From Thermoplasmatota archaeon (GTDB lineage: Archaea > Thermoplasmatota > Penumbrarchaeia > Penumbrarchaeales > Penumbrarchaeaceae): 64,000 bases of DNA. Where the stretch lies: positions 1 through 64,000 of the forward strand of contig JARVGK010000009.1 of NCBI GenBank assembly GCA_029762535.1, in the 5' to 3' direction. A program made the translations under genes and the position numbers. This document shows positions 33,733 to 42,676 of the stretch, piece by piece. Under the pieces are notes generated by a model, which was not told where the DNA came from, searched no databases, and was given only the letters and a program-made list of their open reading frames with translations. Position 1 is the stretch's first letter. Every line of letters begins with the position of its first letter.

Positions 33733-34552
33733 TGGTGACCTGGGTAATTCCGGTGTATTCCTCGACCTCGGACTGGGTCCTTGTCTGTCCGGTCAGGCCC
33801 GAGGCCAGATATATGGCCGCGGCGGCGAGCCCTGAGGGGTCCTTTCCGGCGAAGTTCTTTTCAGCGTCGGCATCTTCGATTATGAGCATCGCCCGCCTGG
33901 AGGTTTCGACCGATAGCTGTAGCCTGGAGCAGAACCGGTCCACGAATTCCGCCGGCCCCACAGGTGGCAGCTGCAATGAAAGCTCCCTGATAAGGCGCAT
34001 CTCCATTCGTCCCAGCTGCCTTCGGTCGAGACCGGTCGCCGAGGCGATCTCGTTAAGCGTCCTGGGCTGTCGGCATATCCTGCAGGAGCAGTAGATTATA
34101 GCGGCCGAAAGCAGGTCCATCGACCTGCCAAGAGTGAAACCCTTATCGAGGGCATCGATGTAGAGATCGTGTCCCGTATCCTTCACGGTCGATGTGAGGT
34201 CCATCACCTGGCATATCCTATCGATCTCGCCCAGGGCCGAGCGCATGTTCCTGTGGGGGGACCTATATCCCGACATCCTCCTCTGCCATTTGCGTATCCT
34301 GAACATCTGGGACCTGGTCGCCAAGGAGACGGGCCTGCCATAATGGTCGCGGTCCCCGGGCGATATCTCGGTATGAAGGCGTTCGGCCCCTCTCCCCCTC
34401 TCGAGGATGGTGGGGCCTAATGAGGAGATCCCAGAATCGGAAAGGACCATGCCACAGTCCTCGCATACGACCTCTCCCCGGATCTGGTCCTCCCTGATGT
34501 TCTCGGACCTGCATTCGGGGCATGTTCCGGACCCCATGTTCGATACCGGCAT
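33626..34552 (-). CDS. tfb: transcription initiation factor IIB (TFB) paralog, divergent
   Basis: Zn ribbon CPEC..RGEVVCEDCGMV, two cyclin folds (GRS..AAIIY..CR..PRTLNEIA; GKDPSGLAAAAIY..RTQ); start at 34552 preferred. Confidence 0.88.
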   Translation of the reverse strand: MPVSNMGSGTCPECRSENIREDQIRGEVVCEDCGMVLSDSGISSLGPTILERGRGAERLHTEISPGDRDHYGRPVSLATRSQMFRIRKWQRRMSGYRSPHRNMRSALGEIDRICQVMDLTSTVKDTGHDLYIDALDKGFTLGRSMDLLSAAIIYCSCRICRQPRTLNEIASATGLDRRQLGRMEMRLIRELSLQLPPVGPAEFVDRFCSRLQLSVETSRRAMLIIEDADAEKNFAGKDPSGLAAAAIYLASGLTGQTRTQSEVEEYTGITQVTIRKRCREIARFCGTSLSSGAFPPSSPSLCGSPLRP

Positions 34553-34745
34553 TCCAAAGCCTCCCGTATGTATAGAGCCCGAGCTAACCCTTCGGCCGGG
34601 CCGCCAACCACACATCGGATAGGATCGGCCCACCTAAGAGTAGGCTGACCTTCCTGCCCGATATCGCATCCGCTAGGGGGATATAAAAGCGTTTTGCGTC
34701 CATGTGAAGGAAACCGCCTTGGGCAACGTTCTAGGAAGGATACGA

Positions 34746-35915
34746 TCATTGTTGGTCCGTCGCTTCCGTCAGCAGGGTTACGTTCGACCTGGTGAAAAAA
34801 CCGTCGAAGTCCCCGTACCTGTGTATGTATTCGTTGACCAGGAGCGTGTTCTTCGAAGGGACGGTGAAGGTCTGTTTGAGCCCTTCCTTGGGCGATCCGA
34901 TGAGGTCTATGAGGAATCCCTGTGCTCTTTCCTTGAGTTCGATGAAGGCATCCTCGATATTAGGCGTGTCGAACGCTATATGGTGCACCCTCTTGCCGTA
35001 ATTGTATACGAACTTCTCGGTGGGTCCGGAGGAGGAGAGGTCCCTGAAGGGGGAGATCCCCGATGTGAAGACCTGAGCATACCTGCCGCCAGATATCCTG
35101 GCGACGTTCGTGATGGAGTTCATCATCTTGACGTAGATGGCGAAATCGAAGTCGTATTCCGTGAGCTCCATGAACTCTATTATGGCCGGGTCCCGGTGTT
35201 CGGCATGTACCCTGGTCGCGGCATGGTCCAGTCCACCCACCTTCCTTATGGCCGGTAGGTCGGGCTCGTCAAAGGACCACTCGAGGGCCGTATCGTCCGA
35301 GGAAATGTAATCGCCTCTATTCTGATGCCATTGTATGAACCCGATCGAATTGCCCGTGTAGCTCGAAGGCACAGTCTGGATGAAGGAGTAATTGTCCTTG
35401 CGTACGATATCCTCCGTCATGAAATGGACACCTCTTCCATTCTGTATCTCAAAGTACCTGTCGATATCTTTCACGCCGAACACGAACGTCTCCAGCCTCG
35501 TGTTTGGAAGGTGCTGGCTTTTAGGATGGATGTTGTTAGGGAGGAACGGGTTCCCGCCTCCTTTTCTGCTCCTTATAATGAAATCGGCGGATCCCTGCCT
35601 TCTCATGACCGCAGTCCTGTGATCCGGCTCAACGAAGGATCCGCAAAGGCTTAGCCCTGTATTCCCCATCAGTTCGGAAATGGCAGGCTTTTGCCTTTCC
35701 TCCTCAGTATTTATTATAACGCATTCGAGATCGCCTACGAGCCCCGTCAGTCCAGTTTGCTTTCGGGATTCCTTTATGATGCCCATGACGCGTCTGAGGG
35801 CCTCATCGGTGTTCTGGAAAACGACATTGTCGATATTCTTTTTCTGAAGGATCTCGTCGATGTCGCATGAGATGATGTGGTCCTCCATGAGATCGTCGCA
35901 GATCGAACGCTCCAT
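34746..35915 (-). CDS. VOC-superfamily protein, 4-hydroxyphenylpyruvate dioxygenase-like
   Basis: C-terminal LDHAATR, VHHIAF, NEYIHR..GFF..N triad pattern resembling HPPD. Confidence 0.65.
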   Translation of the reverse strand: MERSICDDLMEDHIISCDIDEILQKKNIDNVVFQNTDEALRRVMGIIKESRKQTGLTGLVGDLECVIINTEEERQKPAISELMGNTGLSLCGSFVEPDHRTAVMRRQGSADFIIRSRKGGGNPFLPNNIHPKSQHLPNTRLETFVFGVKDIDRYFEIQNGRGVHFMTEDIVRKDNYSFIQTVPSSYTGNSIGFIQWHQNRGDYISSDDTALEWSFDEPDLPAIRKVGGLDHAATRVHAEHRDPAIIEFMELTEYDFDFAIYVKMMNSITNVARISGGRYAQVFTSGISPFRDLSSSGPTEKFVYNYGKRVHHIAFDTPNIEDAFIELKERAQGFLIDLIGSPKEGLKQTFTVPSKNTLLVNEYIHRYGDFDGFFTRSNVTLLTEATDQQ

Positions 35916-35987
35916 TTTATCACCGCTTCCCCCCCTTAAATGTGGGGTTCGTATTAAGATTTGGCTGAAAAATGGATGCGCGAACTC

Positions 35988-36530
35988 TCAGCGGTGTAAC
36001 TCCTCGAACGTGGAGAGGAACCCGTCAACGACGGATGCATGTTCGAGCTTTCCCCTCATCATCAGCCACATGATCTCTTTGGGATCGGACAGCCTGAAGC
36101 CCTTGCCGCCCTCGTCCCTGTATCTCATCACGATGCCGGAGACCCTCAATCTGGCAAGGTGATAAGACAGGGTGGACCCGCTCACATCGAGCTCCTCCAG
36201 TAGCTGCTTGTGGCTCATCATCTCCTTTTCCAGCAGCAGTGAGACGATCCTTACAGGGACCACCTGCCGCAGCAGATGGAGCATGCCCCTGTGCCTGGAT
36301 GAGAACGCCGTCATCCCTTCACCCGGCCCGTCGGCCGGAAAGAACCTCCTGTATCCGTCCTGCCGGACCTCAACGATGAGGCCCTTGTCGAGGAGGGCCC
36401 TTGCATGGTATTCGACCAGAGAGGCCTTCAGGGATAGCCTCCTCGATATCTCCCTCAGATGCAGCCCGGGATTGGCGGTTATGGCCTCGAATATGGCCCT
36501 CCTCGTCTCCACATCGAGAACGCCGCTCAT
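35988..36530 (-). CDS. double winged-helix transcriptional regulator
   Basis: NPGLHLREISRRL...VEYH..L and MSHKQLLEELDVSGSTLSYHLARL. Confidence 0.85.
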   Translation of the reverse strand: MSGVLDVETRRAIFEAITANPGLHLREISRRLSLKASLVEYHARALLDKGLIVEVRQDGYRRFFPADGPGEGMTAFSSRHRGMLHLLRQVVPVRIVSLLLEKEMMSHKQLLEELDVSGSTLSYHLARLRVSGIVMRYRDEGGKGFRLSDPKEIMWLMMRGKLEHASVVDGFLSTFEELHR

Positions 36531-36797
36531 CTAGACCCTCAAAGTGGAGGCGTAAAGGAGCATCAGCGCGATAGTGTCGATGGCGGTCCCCGCGAGGAGC
36601 AGCTCGAGCATGCCCATAAGGTCTAGAAACAGCACGAGGGTAAGGAGCGCCCCTTTGACGAAGAATAGCAGGAAGGCCCCGGTCAAGATCAGGACCTTCG
36701 AGCTCCTGCTCCTTCTGTAGGCCAGGATGGCTACGAGCAGCAGGACGAAGGACAAAGCGGTGTATGCTGAAAAGAGCAGGTTCTCGATCCCAATCAT
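36531..36797 (-). CDS. small 3-TM membrane protein
   Basis: 88 aa hydrophobic, AYRR.RS.K...L.GAF.LF..KG; abuts the regulator. Confidence 0.75.
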   Translation of the reverse strand: MIGIENLLFSAYTALSFVLLLVAILAYRRSRSSKVLILTGAFLLFFVKGALLTLVLFLDLMGMLELLLAGTAIDTIALMLLYASTLRV

Positions 36798-36828
36798 GTC
36801 TTCACCTCGCGCCGGGCGACGATCTTCA

Positions 36829-38358
36829 TTATCGCACGCTGAACGCCTTTCGCCTCCAGGTGGCGGCGATCAGCAGCGCAACAGCTATGAAAGACATTAA
36901 ATAGATTGCGGGCTCGCCGACGAGACCTCGTTCCGGCTCGGGGAGTTGGATCCCCGGATATAGGGCGTTGTCCTCTATCTCTATGAACCCAAGCTTCGGG
37001 TCGTGGACGATGCTCCTCGCTCGTGGGTAGGAGAAGAGAACCCCTCTGTTCTGGGTGCTCTTTCCTCCATTTTCGTCCCAGTAGCTTCCGTAAACGGAGT
37101 TGAGGACCCTGGCCTTGACCGGGTGGATATCCCCGTCGGCGTAGGAGTGGTTCACCCATGAGAAGAATCCCGAGAAGTTCCCAGTTGTGACGCGGACCTC
37201 CTCCTCGTCCGAGGCCAGTCCGTTGGATTGGTCCCAGGAGGAGTCCATCCTTTTGAAGTCTATGTTCCCGGAATAACTGACATGGGACCCCATGTCCATG
37301 AGGAGGGCGAGCTTCGTCCCCCTTCCGACGAAAGGATACCCGTCTATTAGTATGTCGATCTTCATCGAGGACGGGGATAGATATCCGTTCTCTATCTCGA
37401 TCATATCGCTGGATATCGTGCACCTTATCCCGAAGATATTGTTGTTGTCCCGGACCTCGATGACCATGTCGGGAGCCGAATCGCCGTTAGCCTTCCGGTA
37501 TATCTTCAGGGGCCTGTACCTGGGGGCCGGGTTGGATACTTTGGATCGATCCGGACCCTCTTCGGGATTGATAGGGCCCTCTCCCCTCGTACGATCGGGA
37601 GCGGTCTCATCGTAGGCCGCCTCGTATCCTCGGTAGAAGCCCGAAGCGAAGGCCCTTGCAGCGGCCTCCCTCAGCCAATCCTGGGTCTCAGAGGGGTATG
37701 CTGTGTCGTTGAGCCATTGGGTGAATTGATCTATGTTCCTCTTCATTTCTTCTCGCCCAAGCCTCCGCTCGGCATAGGGATTGTGGTCCGCGCCCTCGTC
37801 GAGGTCCTTGGAGCCAATGCGCTGGCCCAGGGTCCATCCGGCCCCAAAGGCCCTATCGTACATTCTTGCATAATCGATGTCCCAGCTGCCGTTCTCGATG
37901 ATCCTCGCGGAAGGGTCCCATTTGACCCGGTTCCAGTCGTTCGCCTTCCTGAGGTAGTCGCTCTTTAAGGCGGAGGCCGATAGCGGGTAGAACGAGACCA
38001 CCCGGTCCTCGTCCTCATCGTACATGTCGTTCGATCCCGCATCGTTGTATTCTATGAGTGCCAGGAACCTCACGCCCATCCCGAAGCCGTCCCTCTCCTC
38101 GGAGTTGAAGCCGTAGGCGGCCCGGACCTCGAGGTCGTTCAAGGAATTCATCTGGAATTTGAACCAGGGAGCTCCCTCGGTCCTCGAGAAAGAGTTGACG
38201 GAAGCATAGTAGGTGTCCCTTTCCAGATAGAGGGTCCTGGGTGGTGAGGGTTCATCCCTTTGGGCGAGGCCCTCTCCAGTTATCAGGGGGATCCCCGCTA
38301 ACAAGAGGAGGCAGGCGAGTGCCATCAGCGTCTTGGGCGACATTCTCTCACCGTTCAA
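36829..38358 (-). CDS. cell-surface protein (signal peptide plus C-terminal TM anchor)
   Basis: Signal peptide, beta-rich domain ending SYP..IVHDPKLG, TM helix followed by RRK. Confidence 0.75.
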   Translation of the reverse strand: MNGERMSPKTLMALACLLLLAGIPLITGEGLAQRDEPSPPRTLYLERDTYYASVNSFSRTEGAPWFKFQMNSLNDLEVRAAYGFNSEERDGFGMGVRFLALIEYNDAGSNDMYDEDEDRVVSFYPLSASALKSDYLRKANDWNRVKWDPSARIIENGSWDIDYARMYDRAFGAGWTLGQRIGSKDLDEGADHNPYAERRLGREEMKRNIDQFTQWLNDTAYPSETQDWLREAAARAFASGFYRGYEAAYDETAPDRTRGEGPINPEEGPDRSKVSNPAPRYRPLKIYRKANGDSAPDMVIEVRDNNNIFGIRCTISSDMIEIENGYLSPSSMKIDILIDGYPFVGRGTKLALLMDMGSHVSYSGNIDFKRMDSSWDQSNGLASDEEEVRVTTGNFSGFFSWVNHSYADGDIHPVKARVLNSVYGSYWDENGGKSTQNRGVLFSYPRARSIVHDPKLGFIEIEDNALYPGIQLPEPERGLVGEPAIYLMSFIAVALLIAATWRRKAFSVR

Positions 38359-38373
38359 GTCTTTCTATCTTCA

Positions 38374-39618
38374 TCAGTCGTTGATTTTCCTGTAAGTCGC
38401 GAAGGATGCGATCCCCAGAAGGACGGCGATCAATATTAGCGCCGCAATGGCGGTCATGGTGGCCGTTGTGAGCCCCGAGGACCCCTTTTCCTGTGCGGGG
38501 GTATCGACCTCATCGAGGGTCATTTCTTCCTCGACCAATTCCGCTTCGGGCTCGTAGGTCACATCATCGTTGCCGATTTCTGGGCGGGGATCCGGCCTCT
38601 TCTCTGGAGGGGCCTCCCTCTCGGGCCTGGCGTTATCCCCCCCCTCATTGTCATCCTTCATTCCATCGCGATCCCCGGAAGCGTTCCCCCTTATATATTT
38701 GGCGACGAGCGTCATTGCATAAGCGAACTCCCTTCTTGAGAGCTGCCCGTCCCCGTCCTTATCTGCAGCGTTGAAGATCCTCTTGACGACATCAGTGTCG
38801 TCGATCTTCTTCTCAATGAATGCGTTGAACTCCCTGAGGGAGATCGATCCGTCCCCGTCCTTATCGGGTCCGCAGTCCTTATCCTCTTTCTGTGACCTTA
38901 TATATTTGGCGACGAGCGTCATTGCGTAAGCGAACTCCCTTCTTGAGAGCTGTCCATCTCCATCTTTGTCCGCTGCATTGAAGATCCTCTTGACGACATC
39001 CGTGTCGTCGATCTTCTTCTCAATGAATGCGTTGAACTCCCTGAGGGAGATCGATCCGTCCCCGTCCTTATCGGGTCCGCAGTCCTTATCCTCTTTCTGT
39101 GACCTTATATATTTGGCGACAAGTGTCATGGCGTAAGCGAACTCCCTTCTTGAGAGCTGTCCGTCCCCGTCCTTGTCTGCAACGTTGAAGATCCTCTTGA
39201 CGACATCCGTATCGTCGATCTTCTTCTCAATGAATGCGTTGAACTCCCTGAGGGAGATCGATCCGTCCCCGTCCTTATCCGGTCCGTTATTCTCTTTCTG
39301 GTTCTGGGACCTTATATATTTGGCGACAAGCGTCATAGCGTAAGCGAACTCCCTTCTTGAGAGCTGTCCGTCCCCGTCCTTGTCTGCAACGTTGAAGATC
39401 CTCTTTACCGCCTCATCATCCATTCTTCCGTTTATGAACGCATGGAATTCTCTAAGGGAGAGGCCTCTGTCGTCGTTCTCTTCAGGTTCGTCGGTCTCCA
39501 CCGGTTCCCGATCAGTGGTGGCAAGGGCCACCGGCAGCGCTGCGAGGAACATCAGGACCGTCACGATCCCGAACATGGTCATGAGTTTCGTTTTCACAAG
39601 ATCACCTTGAGTGGTCAT
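38374..39618 (-). CDS. secreted, membrane-anchored multi-EF-hand Ca2+-binding protein
   Basis: Signal peptide; 4x DKDGDGQLSRRE and 3x DKDGDGSISLRE canonical 12-residue loops; C-terminal TM helix. Confidence 0.9.
   Translation of the reverse strand: MTTQGDLVKTKLMTMFGIVTVLMFLAALPVALATTDREPVETDEPEENDDRGLSLREFHAFINGRMDDEAVKRIFNVADKDGDGQLSRREFAYAMTLVAKYIRSQNQKENNGPDKDGDGSISLREFNAFIEKKIDDTDVVKRIFNVADKDGDGQLSRREFAYAMTLVAKYIRSQKEDKDCGPDKDGDGSISLREFNAFIEKKIDDTDVVKRIFNAADKDGDGQLSRREFAYAMTLVAKYIRSQKEDKDCGPDKDGDGSISLREFNAFIEKKIDDTDVVKRIFNAADKDGDGQLSRREFAYAMTLVAKYIRGNASGDRDGMKDDNEGGDNARPEREAPPEKRPDPRPEIGNDDVTYEPEAELVEEEMTLDEVDTPAQEKGSSGLTTATMTAIAALILIAVLLGIASFATYRKIND
38689..39404. repeat. intragenic 207-bp tandem repeat (about 3.5 copies; 69-aa EF-hand pair)
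   Basis: TTATATATTTGGCGAC recurs at 38691, 38898, 39105 and 39312. Confidence 0.92.
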
Positions 39619-39687
39619 CGGACATGTGCATATATATCAGTTATTGGACGGCCTTCGAAGGATTTAACAGCTTTCGAACAAAAATGA

Positions 39688-40344
39688 TCAGTGTCCAACT
39701 ATGAATATCCGTATCATGAGGAAGAAGACCGCCTGTGCTGCGAGGTAGTGTATCAGAAGGTCGTTCTTCGTTCTCAGCTTGAGAAGGCCGAAGGACAGGG
39801 CCATTACAGAGGCTATGACGAACCATGCGATGTAGTTCTGCAGGGGGATATAGCCCACGTCCCATGTCCAGTAATCAAAGTGGATCGCGACCGGCTCCAA
39901 AATGTAATCGAACAGGAAGGCGACCGCTCCCGAAAGAAGCGACACGAGGATCAATTTCTTGGTCAGAAGGTTGGAGGCCTTCAAGCTGCCGAGTATGACC
40001 AGGGTCCAATTGAACCCGATCACGACGGGAACGGCGAAGAGCGAGAGGCCCAGCGTCGGACCGTATTCGTAGGCCCCGAACACGGCTCCCGTCTCCACTC
40101 CCAGCACCTCGAGGGAGAAGGTTATCGCATAGATAATGAGAGCCCAGATAAGTACCTTCCAGTTCCTCTCGCGGATGGTGGGTATAAGAACGAATATGCC
40201 CATGAGGAAAAGGAACGGAGGCGTAATCGTTAGCATGAGGTCCCTGGTAGCCTCCAAGAGGTGCCCTAGGAAGCCCACTGAGAACATAATGTATATTATG
40301 TAGGGGGCGACCTTTTCGAACGTTAGGTCCTTGACATCGATCAT
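39688..40344 (-). CDS. cruF: carotenoid 1,2-hydratase (CruF/DUF422 family)
   Basis: EVLGVETGAVFGAYEYG..LG..VPVVIGFNW, D..LEPVA..YW.W..PLQNY.AW. Confidence 0.8.
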   Translation of the reverse strand: MIDVKDLTFEKVAPYIIYIMFSVGFLGHLLEATRDLMLTITPPFLFLMGIFVLIPTIRERNWKVLIWALIIYAITFSLEVLGVETGAVFGAYEYGPTLGLSLFAVPVVIGFNWTLVILGSLKASNLLTKKLILVSLLSGAVAFLFDYILEPVAIHFDYWTWDVGYIPLQNYIAWFVIASVMALSFGLLKLRTKNDLLIHYLAAQAVFFLMIRIFIVGH

Positions 40345-41169
40345 TTAAAGCACCACGTGTTTCCTTGCCACGTTGAGGAATATCCTCGCCTTTGAGGGTT
40401 TCACCTTCTTCTTGTAAACGATGAAGGGATCCCTTCTAATAATATCCGCCGTCCAGTTGTACATGTCGGAGGCCGATGATATGGGTATGAGGTACATCTT
40501 TGGGATCGCGGAATATCCCTCTTCGGCATGCAGCTGCCACTTCCTGTAGCGGTCCACCTGGGCCTGCATGAACTCGAGGAACCCCCTCCTGTTAGAATAG
40601 GCGCTGTCCTTGGAGAGGTCGCTAAGGCCATGCTCCTCCAATTCATGGAACGGGAAGTATATACGACCCAGCTTGTCGTCCTCGTTGATATCGCGTATGA
40701 AATTGATGTACTGCATGGCCTTACCCAGGGACCTCGCATGGGAATCGAAGGATCGGTCCAGATCGAGTATCCTCGACATCATCAATCCGATGACCTCGGC
40801 CGATCCGTATATGTAAATCATGGTCTGGCCTATGTCCTCGTACCTGTTCTTCGTCAGGTCCATGGACATGGATTCCAGGAAGCCGTCTATCCAGCTCTTC
40901 TCGAACCCCTTTCTATGAGCGAGTTCGGTGAAATGATCGATGGTCACGTCCCCGGTATTCTCCCCATTGTAAGACCTTTCGTAGCGGTCGCAGAAGGATT
41001 TGAACTCCGCGCCCTTCTGCGGTATGGAGTCCACCAGGTTGTCCGCCTGCCTTACGAAGGAATAGAGAGAGAACACATCCCTTTTAACAGGCCTTGGAAA
41101 GAATATCGAGTTGTAGAAATAGGTCTTTGAACCGCGTTTGAACGTCTCGTATATCTCCTTCTCGATCAT
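40345..41169 (-). CDS. crtB: phytoene synthase
   Basis: GSKTY, LYSFVRQADNLVD, YIYGSAEVIG, LGKAMQYINFIRDINED..LGRIYFP. Confidence 0.93.
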   Translation of the reverse strand: MIEKEIYETFKRGSKTYFYNSIFFPRPVKRDVFSLYSFVRQADNLVDSIPQKGAEFKSFCDRYERSYNGENTGDVTIDHFTELAHRKGFEKSWIDGFLESMSMDLTKNRYEDIGQTMIYIYGSAEVIGLMMSRILDLDRSFDSHARSLGKAMQYINFIRDINEDDKLGRIYFPFHELEEHGLSDLSKDSAYSNRRGFLEFMQAQVDRYRKWQLHAEEGYSAIPKMYLIPISSASDMYNWTADIIRRDPFIVYKKKVKPSKARIFLNVARKHVVL

Positions 41170-42635
41170 CCTTTCGCTATCTCCTCTGCCAGTATCTCCG
41201 AGCTTATGACCACCATTGGCACGCCGATCCCCGGGTGGGTGTAGTGGCCCGTGTAATAGAGGCCTTTGACCTTCTTGCTGTAATGGGACGGCCTGAAAAC
41301 GGCCGTCTGCATCAGGGTGTGGGCAAGGCCCAATGCCGTTCCCTTGTAGGCGTTGTACTCGGATGTGAAGTCCGAGTGGGCGAAAATACGCTTGACGATG
41401 ACGTGCTCGCGTATTCTCTCGCCTGTCAGCTTTTCAAGATGAGTGAGGATTTTGTCATAATACTTGTCCCTTATCTGTTCATCATCGGCCAATCCGGGGG
41501 CTACGGGCACTAGGAAGAACAGGTTCTCGCAGCCCTCGGGGGCGACGCTAGGATCGGTCTTGGAGGGACAGCATACATAATAAGAGGGATCGTCCGGCCA
41601 TCGCGGCCTCTTGAAAATAGTGTCGAAATGTTCGTCCCAGTTCGAGGAGAGGAAGAGATTGTGATGGTTCAATCCCTCCATCCGCTTGTCCAGGCCAATG
41701 TACATCAGCAAACATGAAGGAGCGATGGCCTTCTTCTTCCAGTATCTCTCGTTGTACGTCCTGGAGTTCTCGTCCAGAAGATTCATTTCCGCCCATGCGT
41801 AATCGGCGTTGACTACGACGGAATCGGCTCTGTAGTTACGCCCTTTGGCCCTCACTCCGGATGCCTTCCCGTTCTCGACCAGTATCCTTTCGGCCGGGGC
41901 ATCGAAGACGAACTTCACCCCGGCGTCCTTGGCGACGTTCATGAAGGCTCTGGCCAGTTCGCCGAAGCCGCCCATAGGGTACCACACCCCCAGATTGAAA
42001 TCCACATGGGACATCAGCGCGTAGAGGGCTGGGGAATCATTCGGCGTCCCTCCGAGGAACACTATATTGTACTCGAGGATCTTCCTGAGGTCCTTGTCCT
42101 TGATGAAGCGTTTGGCGTACCTGTCCAGGCTCTCGAAGATGTGGAGTTTCGTCCCCTCGAAGACGAGCTTCCTGTTCATGAAGTCGAATATCGTCCTGTA
42201 CTCCTTGTATATGAACTGCTCCATGGCCACCTTGTACTGGTAGCTGGCGGACTCAAGGTATCTCTTCAAACCGTCAGAGCCGCCCTTCTCCATGCTCTCG
42301 AAGAGTTTGTAATTGTCCTTTAGGTCCGAGAGCACGTCCATTTTCTTCCCCGAGCCGAAGAACACCCGATAATGCGGATCGAGCCTCTGAAGTGTGTACA
42401 ACTCCTCCGGCTTTCTTCCGAAGTGCGAGAAGAACCTCTCGAACACCTCCGGCATAAGATACCACGAGGGACCCATATCGTATAGGAAACCGTCCTTTTT
42501 CCAAACCTGGCCTCTGCCCCCGGGCTGCGAGTTCTTCTCAAGGACCGTTACATCGAAACCTTTCCTTGCAAGCAGCCCGGCCGCTGCCATCCCTCCGAAG
42601 CCCGCTCCGATCACGACGACCTCTTTACCTGCCAT
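41166..42635 (-). CDS. crtI: phytoene desaturase
   Basis: GAGFGG FAD motif, DMGPSWYLMP, GLAHTLMQTAVFRP, THPGIGVP. Confidence 0.9.
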   Translation of the reverse strand: MAGKEVVVIGAGFGGMAAAGLLARKGFDVTVLEKNSQPGGRGQVWKKDGFLYDMGPSWYLMPEVFERFFSHFGRKPEELYTLQRLDPHYRVFFGSGKKMDVLSDLKDNYKLFESMEKGGSDGLKRYLESASYQYKVAMEQFIYKEYRTIFDFMNRKLVFEGTKLHIFESLDRYAKRFIKDKDLRKILEYNIVFLGGTPNDSPALYALMSHVDFNLGVWYPMGGFGELARAFMNVAKDAGVKFVFDAPAERILVENGKASGVRAKGRNYRADSVVVNADYAWAEMNLLDENSRTYNERYWKKKAIAPSCLLMYIGLDKRMEGLNHHNLFLSSNWDEHFDTIFKRPRWPDDPSYYVCCPSKTDPSVAPEGCENLFFLVPVAPGLADDEQIRDKYYDKILTHLEKLTGERIREHVIVKRIFAHSDFTSEYNAYKGTALGLAHTLMQTAVFRPSHYSKKVKGLYYTGHYTHPGIGVPMVVISSEILAEEIAKG

Positions 42636-42676
42636 AATAATCCCCTTGATGCCTGGAATGTATTATCAAATAATAA

